Assembly: GCA_964644845.1 (NCBI GenBank)
Contig: CAZXXS010000078.1
Coordinates: 3,561 to 67,560 of the forward strand
DNA from: an uncultured Cytophagia bacterium
Lineage (GTDB): Bacteria > Zhuqueibacterota > Zhuqueibacteria > Oleimicrobiales > Geothermoviventaceae
Direction of reading: 5' to 3'
Length of the DNA: 64,000 nucleotides
This document shows, piece after piece, positions 38,602 through 48,097 of this stretch. Position numbers and translations under genes: made by a program. The stretch's first letter is position 1, and each line of letters starts with the position of its first letter. The notes under the pieces are model-generated. The model saw only the letters and a list, made by a program, of their open reading frames with translations, was not told the DNA's origin and made no database searches.

Positions 38602-39114
38602 TCAGTGTTCGTGAGGGACCCCTTTGATGTGCAGAATCAGGTGCTCCCGGTCCTCGAACTGTTCAACCCAGCCGTAGTTGGCGTCGGTTTTGGAATCGAG
38701 CTCGCGCACGTACGGCTTGATGTCCAAAAGTGGTGTGCCGTCGAAAGCATCCAGACCGGAGACACGGACAACATTCCCCTCGATGCCGAGCAAGCGGACC
38801 ACCGAAAGCCCCAGTGGATTCGGCCGGTTGGGCGAACGGCTGGCGAAAACCCCAACGGTCACGCCACCCGCCCACGGAGGTCGGACGATCAGCTCCACAT
38901 CCCCTTCTACGCGGTGCAAGTAGTACAGCACCGTGATGTACCGGAAGGTTTCAAGCCCCTTCAGACCCTGCTCGTAGACCGGATCCAGCACCAGACGGAA
39001 GTCCCCCTCGTCGCCGTCAACCGGTTGGTAAGGCGCGTTGTTCCTGTACGGCGTGCGAATGACGCCGATCGGTTGAAGCACCATTGCCTCAGAACGGAAA
39101 TCGTCCTCGTTCAT
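38602..39114 (-). CDS. trmO: tRNA (N6-threonylcarbamoyladenosine(37)-N6)-methyltransferase, TsaA/TrmO family
   Basis: PIGVIRTP, GVFASRSPNRPNPLGLS, LDAFDGTPLLDIKPY motifs. Confidence 0.92.
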   Translation of the reverse strand: MNEDDFRSEAMVLQPIGVIRTPYRNNAPYQPVDGDEGDFRLVLDPVYEQGLKGLETFRYITVLYYLHRVEGDVELIVRPPWAGGVTVGVFASRSPNRPNPLGLSVVRLLGIEGNVVRVSGLDAFDGTPLLDIKPYVRELDSKTDANYGWVEQFEDREHLILHIKGVPHEH

Positions 39115-41156
39115 TCCATCAACCGTTGAACCTGTTCGCTCGTCCCGGCAACCAGCAGCGTGTCGCCCAGCTCGATGCGGTAGTCCGGCGACGGCACCAC
39201 CGTGTTGTTGCTGCCAGAACTCGATTTTCGAATCAAGATCACCTCGACACCGTAATTTGCGCGCACATTCAGCTCGCGTAGTGTTTTACCCGCAAAGTGG
39301 GGTGGGGCTTCAACTTCTGCGAGAACGTAGCCCTCGCCAAGGTTTACCGTTTTTGTGCGTTGCACCCACGACAACGCTCCGTGCATCCCACTGGAAAGAT
39401 CGCGGCGCATCAGCTCCCGATTGTACACTTCGAGCACGTCTGATTTTCGCACCGATCCCACCAGGCGCCCCTCGTCCAAAACTGGCAGTTCCTCCACGTT
39501 CTCACGCGTAAAGAGCCGCATGGCCATGTCCAGATTGTCGTCAGGGCGTAGCGACGGGTACGTAGGATCGGCGAGATCTCGGGCAATGATGAGCTCGTCC
39601 AGCCACTCTTTGTCCAAAATTACCTGCCTGAGCTGGTGCACGGAAATGGTACCCAGGTACTCCTTGGTGTCCCTGACCACAAAAAACTCAGACCGCGGCG
39701 AATTTACCGCCAGGTCGACGAGTTTCCGAAAGGGCGTCTGCTCGTTCACAACCACGGGATCTCGTGTCAGCACGGACTTCACACTTAGCCGGCGCAGCAC
39801 GTTGAACTCCAGCGGTTGGAACAGCTCGATCCCCCTGCGGACCAGCTTTTCGGTGTAAATGGAAGTTCGCTTAAGACGGGTAGCCAGAAGTACCGAGATC
39901 ACACAGGCAGCCATCACAGAAGGGATGATCTTGTAGTCGCCGGTCATCTCGAAAATGATGATCATCGCGGTGAGTGGGGCGTGTGTTGTGGCCGCTACAA
40001 CGGCTCCCATCCCCACCAGAGCGTAGGCGCCTGGACCTGCGGTAACGGACGGGAACAAGTGGTGTACCAACGTTCCCAGCAACCCACCGGTCATGGCCCC
40101 CAAAAACAGAGAAGGAGCAAAAATGCCACCGGATCCGCCTGACCCGAGGGTCACAGATGTGGCGAAAAGTTTCAGCAAAATGAGCGCCAGAAGGAGGTAC
40201 CAAACGCCTTTCCCGGCCAGTGCCATGTCGATTGTTTCGTAACCCACGCCCAGAATGTGAGGGAAAGCTAAGGCGAGAACACCAACCAACAGGCCTCCGA
40301 TGGCTGGCTTGGTGATGTCCGGCACGCGCATCGCATCGAAAACATCCTCCACGCGGTAGAGCAACGTGGTAAACCCCACACCCACAAATGCGGCCACAAG
40401 ACCGAGAAGGGCGTACGGAATCAGTTCGAAACCGCTCACAAGCTCGTAACGCGGTACGATGAAAGCCGGCATGTCCCCAAGGAAATAGCGTGACACGACG
40501 GTGGCTACGACCGACGAGATTACGATGGGGCTGAACTGCGGCACACCAAAATCGCCCAGAATGATCTCAACCGCGAACAGTGCACCAGCGATCGGAGCGT
40601 TGAACGCACCAGCGATGCCAGCAGCCGCACCACACCCAACCATCGTACGCAGGCGCCGGGCTGACACTTTCAACCCCTGACCGATGGACGAACCCAGCGC
40701 TGAACCAATCTGAACAATCGGTCCCTCGCGTCCCGTGGATCCACCCGTGCCGATGCAAACCGCGGAAGCAAGCGCCTTGATCAGGACCACCCTTGGTCGG
40801 ATCACTCCCCCGTGGACAGCCACAGCTTCCATCACCTCCGGCACACCGTGCCCACGAGCCTCAGTGGCGATCCGGTAGACCATCGGTCCCACAATCAGGC
40901 CACCAATTGCGGGGATGAAGATTAACACGTACCACGGGATGCGGTGAGCCGCCTCAAGCAGGTTGTTCCAGGATCCGAAAGAAACCCACTGAAAAAAACC
41001 GATCAGGTAGCGCAAAGCCACTGCTGTCAGGCCTCCGCCTACGCCGATCACAGTGGCCACCAAAATCATGAAAACATACTCCGAAGCTTTGAGCCGCGCG
41101 AGGTAGTACCTCCACAACCCACCGGCCCGTGCCGCACTCATCATTTTCCGTTGCAC
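39111..41156 (-). CDS. CLC chloride channel/antiporter with a CBS pair and a C-terminal TrkA-C (RCK_C) domain
   Basis: GHGVPE, GSTGREGP, AFNAPIAG, FAVEII, GGIFAPSL motifs; CBS repeats; GKTLRELNVRANYGVEVILIR TrkA-C. Start may be 41144. Confidence 0.92.
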   Translation of the reverse strand: MQRKMMSAARAGGLWRYYLARLKASEYVFMILVATVIGVGGGLTAVALRYLIGFFQWVSFGSWNNLLEAAHRIPWYVLIFIPAIGGLIVGPMVYRIATEARGHGVPEVMEAVAVHGGVIRPRVVLIKALASAVCIGTGGSTGREGPIVQIGSALGSSIGQGLKVSARRLRTMVGCGAAAGIAGAFNAPIAGALFAVEIILGDFGVPQFSPIVISSVVATVVSRYFLGDMPAFIVPRYELVSGFELIPYALLGLVAAFVGVGFTTLLYRVEDVFDAMRVPDITKPAIGGLLVGVLALAFPHILGVGYETIDMALAGKGVWYLLLALILLKLFATSVTLGSGGSGGIFAPSLFLGAMTGGLLGTLVHHLFPSVTAGPGAYALVGMGAVVAATTHAPLTAMIIIFEMTGDYKIIPSVMAACVISVLLATRLKRTSIYTEKLVRRGIELFQPLEFNVLRRLSVKSVLTRDPVVVNEQTPFRKLVDLAVNSPRSEFFVVRDTKEYLGTISVHQLRQVILDKEWLDELIIARDLADPTYPSLRPDDNLDMAMRLFTRENVEELPVLDEGRLVGSVRKSDVLEVYNRELMRRDLSSGMHGALSWVQRTKTVNLGEGYVLAEVEAPPHFAGKTLRELNVRANYGVEVILIRKSSSGSNNTVVPSPDYRIELGDTLLVAGTSEQVQRLME

Positions 41157-41202
41157 CCTTCCATCGTCGGTATGCTCTCAGAAAAAGCTCACACCTCCTG
41201 TG

Positions 41203-41841
41203 TCATCCCCCAATTGGCCAGAGCAGAAAAACGGCCACGTCCCAGACGGCATGCGAGAGAATTCCAGGCCACAAATTCCCGCTCGTCGCCAGCACGCTGC
41301 CCCAGAACAGTCCAGCGGTAAGCGCCGCACCCACAAGCATTAAGTTACCGGACCAGATGTGCACCGCCGCGTAAATCCCCGCTCCAACCAGAACAGCCCA
41401 CCAGCGTTGAAACCGACAGTGCTCGAGGTTTTTCTGCACAAAACCTCTCCAAAAGATTTCTTCGGCTGGCGCGATCAAGAAAACAAGTGCCAGGCCGATC
41501 ACGCGCGGGTCCGTTCCACTTCGAATCTGGTAGATGGCGCCGACTTGCGCGTGTGCGGAAGGTAACAAGACGCCAGCCAACTCGTTGCCAAGCCAAAACA
41601 CACCGTAAAGGGCCGCTGCCAACCCCGCCCCGAGAGGAAGCCATCGCCAGCGCCAGGTGAGCAAACCGAGCACTTGAGCTTGGTCCTGAACGACAGCCCA
41701 CAAAGCCAGAGTTCCTGCCGAGAGGCTCATCAACAGCCAAAAGTTACCCGCACCTAAGCCGAACATGACCCCCCACAAAATAAAAGCGACCGCCAGCGGC
41801 AGAGCAAGCCTGGCGATCGCTCCTTTGTCGCAGCGGTTCAT
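41203..41841 (-). CDS. CPBP (Abi/CAAX) family intramembrane glutamic endopeptidase
   Basis: APAEEIFWRG, YAAVH, ILSHAVWD motifs; hydrophobic. Confidence 0.9.
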   Translation of the reverse strand: MNRCDKGAIARLALPLAVAFILWGVMFGLGAGNFWLLMSLSAGTLALWAVVQDQAQVLGLLTWRWRWLPLGAGLAAALYGVFWLGNELAGVLLPSAHAQVGAIYQIRSGTDPRVIGLALVFLIAPAEEIFWRGFVQKNLEHCRFQRWWAVLVGAGIYAAVHIWSGNLMLVGAALTAGLFWGSVLATSGNLWPGILSHAVWDVAVFLLWPIGG

Positions 41842-41854
41842 ACCAATCGCTGAA

Positions 41855-43201
41855 TCAGATCAGCTTTTCGACAACCAGAGCCAGCGCGAAAACCACACCA
41901 AATTGTGTCACAAGCTGCGCTGTCCGCAGGTCCATCGTGAGCAGTTCCGGGGAGTTGAAGGCCTGAATTTTCTTGAACAGCTTCACGTTCTTCAAAGCTG
42001 TGGGCAGCGTAACAAGAACGGCCAGAGTAACAGGCGGGAAAAGCCCGAGAATCACCGCCACCACGGTCACAAAATAGGCACCCAGCACCAAGATCAGGTA
42101 GGGCACCTTAGCTCGTTCCAGACCGAGGTTCATCGGCACGGTCTTCACAGCGGCCTTCGCATCGTTCAGGATGTCGCGCGTGTTGTTCGCGTACAGGACA
42201 GCGGTGATCAAAAGGCCAATGGGCACAGAAGCCAACAGCACGTTCCAGCTGAAATGCTGTGTTAGCACGTAGTACGAGCCCAGAACCATCAGCGGACCGA
42301 AAGTGAGGAAAACCATCGCCTCACCAAGCCCACGGTACTTGAACCCGAGCGGACGCCCGCCGTAGAAATAACCTGCAACCACACCAATCCCACCGAGGAG
42401 CAGGATGACCCAGTCGATGCGAATCGTCAGGTAGAAACCAATCAACGAGCCTACCGCGAAAGCGGCGATGCCCGCCCAAAGGACCTTGCGCGGCGGCAGG
42501 TAGCCCTCAACGAGCAGTTTCGTGCCCCCAAATGTGTCGTGACGGTCGACACCGTGAGCGAAATCGAAATACTCACTCGTCAGATTGGTACCGACGTGCA
42601 GAAGAAACGCACCGAGAAGCACCAGAGGCAAAAGCTCCCAGTTGACATGTCCTGGAAACGTCAACGCAAACCCCGCGCCAATCAACCCTGCCAGCGTGGT
42701 AAAACTGAGGCTGAAAAAGCGCATCACCTGGACCCAGTACTTGCTCTGGGGCAGGCGTTTGCTCCCGACTTCCGTTACGATTTCGCGCCGTGGAGAAACG
42801 CCGCGCCGGTGGTCAGTCAGGTAGAATTTTTCCGGCACAATTTTGACAAGGACAATCCCCGGGATGACCTCGATGAAAGGTTTCATCTCCGGGTTTTTCT
42901 CCACCAACGCAGCCTTGATGTCCGGGTACTCATCAACGGGTCCCCAAACAATCGCGCGTCCTTCGCCTTGGGCAAACACATCCGGCGTACCGCGGTCGAT
43001 TGTGAACGTCACGCGTTCGGGGTGTTTCCGAATGTTCGCCAGCGAGCGCGCGTCCGGTTTAAGGGCGATCCACAGCGCGTCGTCGTCACCCACAAAGTAC
43101 ACTTTAGCGGACCAGCTCTCAGCGCCGGTTCCCGAAGCCAACGTCAGCGTCTTCGACTCGTTGAGTAGTTCCTTCAGAGTCTCGTTCAGTTTCCCGCTCA
43201 A
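41855..43201 (-). CDS. Fusion: PNPOx-like split-barrel domain plus UbiA/MenA-type prenyltransferase
   Basis: AAGGAGG RBS 9 nt before TTG 43201; N-domain LTLAS...KVYFV...SLANIRKHPERVTFTID; C-domain NLTSEYFDFAHGVD, YRGLGE, YANNTRDILND and many TM helices. Confidence 0.82.
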   Translation of the reverse strand: MSGKLNETLKELLNESKTLTLASGTGAESWSAKVYFVGDDDALWIALKPDARSLANIRKHPERVTFTIDRGTPDVFAQGEGRAIVWGPVDEYPDIKAALVEKNPEMKPFIEVIPGIVLVKIVPEKFYLTDHRRGVSPRREIVTEVGSKRLPQSKYWVQVMRFFSLSFTTLAGLIGAGFALTFPGHVNWELLPLVLLGAFLLHVGTNLTSEYFDFAHGVDRHDTFGGTKLLVEGYLPPRKVLWAGIAAFAVGSLIGFYLTIRIDWVILLLGGIGVVAGYFYGGRPLGFKYRGLGEAMVFLTFGPLMVLGSYYVLTQHFSWNVLLASVPIGLLITAVLYANNTRDILNDAKAAVKTVPMNLGLERAKVPYLILVLGAYFVTVVAVILGLFPPVTLAVLVTLPTALKNVKLFKKIQAFNSPELLTMDLRTAQLVTQFGVVFALALVVEKLI

Positions 43202-43882
43202 ATCCCTTACCCTCCTTGCTCGTCGTCTTTCTGTTTCTCCCTTGCGGCCTTTCAGGCAGCCGAAAATACAAATTTCAAATGAGATACGCAACCCCGGCCT
43301 GATCCAGCGCTACCTCCATTTTCACGTGGGAACTGACGGACACACCAACCTGGCCTGGCTGTTGTCGACTAAACGGGTTCCAGGTCAAAACGCCCCTTCA
43401 AAAAAACCGTGCAATTCGAAACGGCCATGAACTGCTGGGCCTTTCTCGCGGTGCACAGAAAATCCGCTCACCAGGCAAACAGAGTCAAATGCGTGGAAAC
43501 GGCTCGAAGCCGTCGGAAACCTTACTTGCCACACAGATCGGAGGATTTGTAGACAAAGTGCCGGCCGTACCGTGGCAGCGGTTTCTGTACCCACGGAACC
43601 TTTCGGGATTCAGTCAAAACTCCGCTGTGGCCTGCCGAGTACACGACAGATCGACACGCCAGGCCGAAAAAACGTCCTCCTCAGCGCCAATTCGCAGACT
43701 GCGGCCCTGCCGGCTGCGGCGGCGCCTTCGGAGGGGGGCTGCACGCGGCGCTACCCCGTCCCATCGCACCAGCCTCGCGGATCCGAAGCATCGCGACCGT
43801 CGTAAAAATGGCTGGAACACAGTACGAACTGGCTTGCTCCAGGCGGACTGATCAGGCTTCACTCGAGGAGGTGGTTTGCATC

Positions 43883-44440
43883 ATGGTCCCAGAACGCCGC
43901 AGAGACGCTGGACTCTACCGGTTCTTCCGAAAATGGACGGGTGTTGCGTTCGAGGACCTTGGCCTGCACTCCAGCCAGATCGCCGAGTACGTAAGCGACT
44001 TGCTCGCTCGTTTCGCGCGCACAGAAAATATTTACCGAATTCGCGACCTACGCGGCCGCACACTGAACACGATTGTGGACATGCTCCTCGAGGCCGAGGA
44101 AACCAGCCACATCGGTCAGCCGGGATTTGATCCGTTTCGTGAGCGGGAAATCCGCAAGCACGTGGGCGACTTTGCCCTTTTCATGACGGGCATTTTTCGC
44201 GACTACGTGCAGCAGCTCGGCGTGATGAGCCTCTACACACGCGAGGGCGAACGCTCCTACTACGAGGTCTACGAATTCGACAGCAGTCTCTCCGTTCCCG
44301 GAAGCGAGCTGTTCAAGCAACTTTTTCAGGACTTTGAGCGAGTTTCTGGGGCCCTGGACTACATGCGCCGTGTTTACTTCCGTCCTGAGCGTCACAGCGG
44401 TCCTTACCGGTCTCTGCTGGAACGCCTCCGAAACTGGTGA
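43883..44440 (+). CDS. Conserved hypothetical protein (185 aa)
   Basis: GAGGAGGT RBS; protein-like helical sequence with YVSDLLARF, RKHVGDFALFMTGIF and EGERSY. Confidence 0.78.
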   Translation: MVPERRRDAGLYRFFRKWTGVAFEDLGLHSSQIAEYVSDLLARFARTENIYRIRDLRGRTLNTIVDMLLEAEETSHIGQPGFDPFREREIRKHVGDFALFMTGIFRDYVQQLGVMSLYTREGERSYYEVYEFDSSLSVPGSELFKQLFQDFERVSGALDYMRRVYFRPERHSGPYRSLLERLRNW

Positions 44441-44582
44441 CGGGCCGGGTTGCGGAAAAACAGCCCCCCTGACGCCAATTCGGCAACGCGAAACGGAGGG
44501 GTCTGCCCGTCCAGCGCAGCTTTTGGAGCTGGCGTCGGCCAGGATTTGTTGTGGAATCAACACCAACAGCTCGAGTAAAACG

Positions 44583-45554
44583 CTACAACCTCGGGAGTTT
44601 CTCTACTCGCTCGTGCAAGCGTTGTTCCACTTCTTCCACCACTTGTTGCGGCAACTCCCAGTCGGCGGCGGGTGCCGTTTCCTCAATCTGGTCCGGCCGG
44701 CGCGCGCCAACAATGGCCGAGGTAACCTCCGGCCGGCGCAACACCCAGGCGATCGCAAGTTGAGCCACAGAGCGACCGTAGCGGGACGCAATTTTCCTAA
44801 GCTGTTCAACCAGCTCCAGATTTACGCTGAATTCCGGTTCGTTGAAAGCGGGGCTGCGCCGACGCCAGTCGTCTTGAGGGAGCTGCTGTAGCCTTTCACG
44901 GGTGAACTTACCCGTCAGTAAACCGCTGCCCATGGGCGAGTAAGCAACCACGCCGATCCGATTCTCTGCACAGAAAGGTAAGAGCTCCGTCTCCACGTCT
45001 CGTCGCAACATCGAGTACGGCGGTTGTAACGACGCCACCGGGTGAATCTTCTGCACGCGCTTGATCTGCTCTACGCTGAAATTCGAGACACCGATGTAGC
45101 GAACTTTGCCTTCCTCCACAGCCTTAGCCATTTCGCCCCAAGCTTCTTCGATGTCCTCGTCCGGGTTGGGCCAATGGATCTGGTACAGGTCGATGACGTC
45201 CACGTTGAGCCGACGCAAGCTCGCTTCCAGTTCCTGACGCACGCTCCAGGCTTTGAGACGACCGGAGACTCTGCCCCTGGCGTCCCAGACCAGCCCGCAC
45301 TTTGTGGCGATGATCACCTCATTGCGCCGTCCTGCAATAGCCTTGCCCACAATTTCTTCGCTGTGGCCGAGACCGTACACCGCAGCGGTGTCGATCCAGT
45401 TGACACCCAGATCCAGCGCTCGTTGGATCGTGGCAATCGACTCGCGATCATCCTGCGGCCCCCAACCCCACTGCCAAGGGCCTCCGATGGCCCACGCGCC
45501 CAGTCCGACAGTTGTTAACTCCAGGTCCGTGTAACCCAGTTTCCGTTTACGCAT
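44583..45554 (-). CDS. Aldo/keto reductase
   Basis: GLGAWAIGG, WIDTAAVYGLG, IATKCG, IDLYQIHWP, GVSNFS, YSPMGSGLL motifs; start ATG 45554. Confidence 0.93.
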   Translation of the reverse strand: MRKRKLGYTDLELTTVGLGAWAIGGPWQWGWGPQDDRESIATIQRALDLGVNWIDTAAVYGLGHSEEIVGKAIAGRRNEVIIATKCGLVWDARGRVSGRLKAWSVRQELEASLRRLNVDVIDLYQIHWPNPDEDIEEAWGEMAKAVEEGKVRYIGVSNFSVEQIKRVQKIHPVASLQPPYSMLRRDVETELLPFCAENRIGVVAYSPMGSGLLTGKFTRERLQQLPQDDWRRRSPAFNEPEFSVNLELVEQLRKIASRYGRSVAQLAIAWVLRRPEVTSAIVGARRPDQIEETAPAADWELPQQVVEEVEQRLHERVEKLPRL

Positions 45555-46191
45555 TCTCACCTCCGTCCTGTTCTCCGAAAAGTTGCAGCACACACGTCGT
45601 CTCCGAGACGGTTGCCGTGCCCGCCGACTACGCACCTACCCTGCCAAGGCAAAGGTACTTTGTGTCAACGCTTTGTTCAAGTGCCATTATTCCCGCGGAC
45701 TGCGTTGCTTTTCGAATTACAGCACCTCACAGGCAACAAATAACGAGAGCCACCCTCACAGCCGTGCAAACCGCCACGGCACACGAGGCCGCGGCCACGG
45801 AACCCAGCCACGTGCAAAAAGGACTTCGGCAGGCAGGCTCGGCAAGATCCATCAGCCAACCGAGCGCACGGATCCTGCTTGCCTTTCCCTCAATTCAACC
45901 GGCTTCGGTCCCTTGAAACACGCAATCAGAACCTGCCGAAAGAAAATCCTTAAAGGTCGCTTTCTCACTTAGGCATCTGCCTCCCGGCGACACAAAGCAA
46001 ACCCCGTCTGGCAAAATCAAAAAACCCGTGGACCGCAAAACCCCACGGCCGTTGTTCCAAAATTCAGGGGGCTCGCAACCGGGCTGGTCGTCCTGATTTC
46101 CCGTGACAGTGCGGCGCTTGTAACCTGCCTGGAGTTTGCGATTAGCCCAACTGTTTTGTACATTCGCGAACCAGCGCCAGGAGGATTGCCG

Positions 46192-46950
46192 ATGTCCACG
46201 AAATCCGCTTCTCTTTTCACGTTCCTTTTCTCGGTCAAAGGCCACCACGTCGGGCCTGAGGGCTGGGCGCACGCCTGGTTCGTTCAGAACGTGGCGCAGG
46301 ACGTCTCGGTGGCAGTGAGCGAGGCGCACGGTTTCAACAGCGCCTGGTACCGTGCCGCCCAAAGCGGCTGGGTCATGCGTAGTTTCGAGGCCGACTACCG
46401 CCGTCCCTGGGTCCTGGAACAAGACCTCGTCGCTGAAACCTGGATCAGCAAACGCACGCGCGTTCTGGCTGTGCGGCAGTACTTGTTCAGGGACGTTAAG
46501 ACGAACAAGCCCGTAAGCGGTGCACAGGCCGAGTGGGTGTACATCAACACGTCCACGGCCCGCCCCACCACGATCCCGAAGGTCTTCGCTTCCCGCTACA
46601 TCCTTCACCCACGTACAGCGCTTCAAGAGATTGACTTTCCCCAGGAAAAAGCAGTGTTGATCGGCACAGTCGATTTCCGCGTGCGCTACTCCGACCTGGA
46701 CACCAACGCGCACGCGAACAACGTGGCTTACATCCGCTGGATCACGGACGCACTGCAGGAAACCGGCGCTACCGGCCGCCCCGTCTGGTGGAAAATTCAG
46801 TTCAAACTGCCGGCTGGTTTAACTGAGAATTTGCGTGTTGAGGTTTGCAGCACCGGAACGGGCACCGAAGGCGCAGGCTGGCAAGTAAACGTTTTCAGCA
46901 AAGACCGCGGTAGCGTGCTCGCTGCCGCGCGGGTCCTGACGGCACCCTGA
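46192..46950 (+). CDS. Acyl-ACP thioesterase family (double hotdog)
   Basis: GGAGG RBS; WVMRSFEADYRRP, VRYSDLDTNAHANNVAYIRW motifs. Confidence 0.85.
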   Translation: MSTKSASLFTFLFSVKGHHVGPEGWAHAWFVQNVAQDVSVAVSEAHGFNSAWYRAAQSGWVMRSFEADYRRPWVLEQDLVAETWISKRTRVLAVRQYLFRDVKTNKPVSGAQAEWVYINTSTARPTTIPKVFASRYILHPRTALQEIDFPQEKAVLIGTVDFRVRYSDLDTNAHANNVAYIRWITDALQETGATGRPVWWKIQFKLPAGLTENLRVEVCSTGTGTEGAGWQVNVFSKDRGSVLAAARVLTAP

Positions 46951-47038
46951 TGGGGACTGCGACCTTCAGGAAGGGCGTAAGGCCAGGCATTTCCGGTGGG
47001 GTTGAACCCGCTTACGACGCGGCTTCTGGCAGACCGAC

Positions 47039-48079
47039 TCAAGAAGAGGTCTGCAGTTGCACCTCCGCCTTGTGCAGTGTTTCTTCGCTGCGACTGATTC
47101 GCGAAAGGGAGTACCCTTCCTTTCCAGCAAAGATGAACCCCACCAGCGCTACAGGCAGGAAGCTGATGGCGTGCACAGCCACCGCAAAGCTCAGCGAAGC
47201 GGAAGCCGGAATCCCAAACAGCTCCAGCGATTTCATGCAAAGCCAGTGGTAAGTACCCACGTAGCCTGGAGAGCTCGGCACCACTACCGCGATTGTCGTA
47301 ATCACCAGTGTCACCAGAGCCGCGTTCCAGGGCAGGTCGTAAGCACGGGAAAGATCAAACGCCTGAAACCCAAATACGAACACCAACACGTACCCCGCCC
47401 AAATCAGGACCGACAGGACAGCCAACCACAGGTAATCCAGCCTGCGCCGCAGAGGTACAACGCCGCGAGCGAATTCCCGGATGAGAGCAGCCACTTTGTC
47501 CGCCAGTTTCCGCGACAACGGCCCGAGCAAACGCCGTACCCACCGCGTAACCGTGCCCTCGTACTTGCGCAAAGCAACCAAGAAAACGATCAGGGCCAAA
47601 GCAAAGGCAAACGTCAGGTAGCCGCTTGTGCGTACCCAGGCAGGGAAGGGGAAAATCACGAACGTGACCCCCATGATCACGATCAAGGTGAGCACGTCAA
47701 TCACGCGCTCAACAGCAATGGTGGCCAGCGCGAGACTGGCGGGCAGACCACCTTTCTTCCCGATGATGTAAGCCCGCAGCACTTCGCCGAGATGCGCCGG
47801 AAGCACGTCGTTGGCCATGTAGCCAATCATGAGCGCGCTGAAAAGCTGCCCTGAGCGGAAACGGTGTACAGGATCGAGCAGCAATTTGTGCCGCACGGCT
47901 CTCAGCCAGTGGCTGCCGAAAAGAGCCGCCAGGGCCGGCACAAACCACCAGTAGTCAGCCTGAACAAGCGCCTGTCCAACCTGGTGTAGGTCTACCCCCT
48001 TGATGGCAAGGTACAGGAAAAACACGCTGATGGCCAACCCAACGAACAACCGCAAGCTCTGTTTGATCCTTTTCGCCAT
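47039..48079 (-). CDS. Lysylphosphatidylglycerol synthase TM-domain / flippase-like membrane protein
   Basis: LRAVRH, IGYMANDVLPAHLGEVLRA, ERVID, VPSSPGYVGTYH motifs. Confidence 0.88.
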   Translation of the reverse strand: MAKRIKQSLRLFVGLAISVFFLYLAIKGVDLHQVGQALVQADYWWFVPALAALFGSHWLRAVRHKLLLDPVHRFRSGQLFSALMIGYMANDVLPAHLGEVLRAYIIGKKGGLPASLALATIAVERVIDVLTLIVIMGVTFVIFPFPAWVRTSGYLTFAFALALIVFLVALRKYEGTVTRWVRRLLGPLSRKLADKVAALIREFARGVVPLRRRLDYLWLAVLSVLIWAGYVLVFVFGFQAFDLSRAYDLPWNAALVTLVITTIAVVVPSSPGYVGTYHWLCMKSLELFGIPASASLSFAVAVHAISFLPVALVGFIFAGKEGYSLSRISRSEETLHKAEVQLQTSS

Positions 48080-48097
48080 CAGCCACTCCAGGTCATT

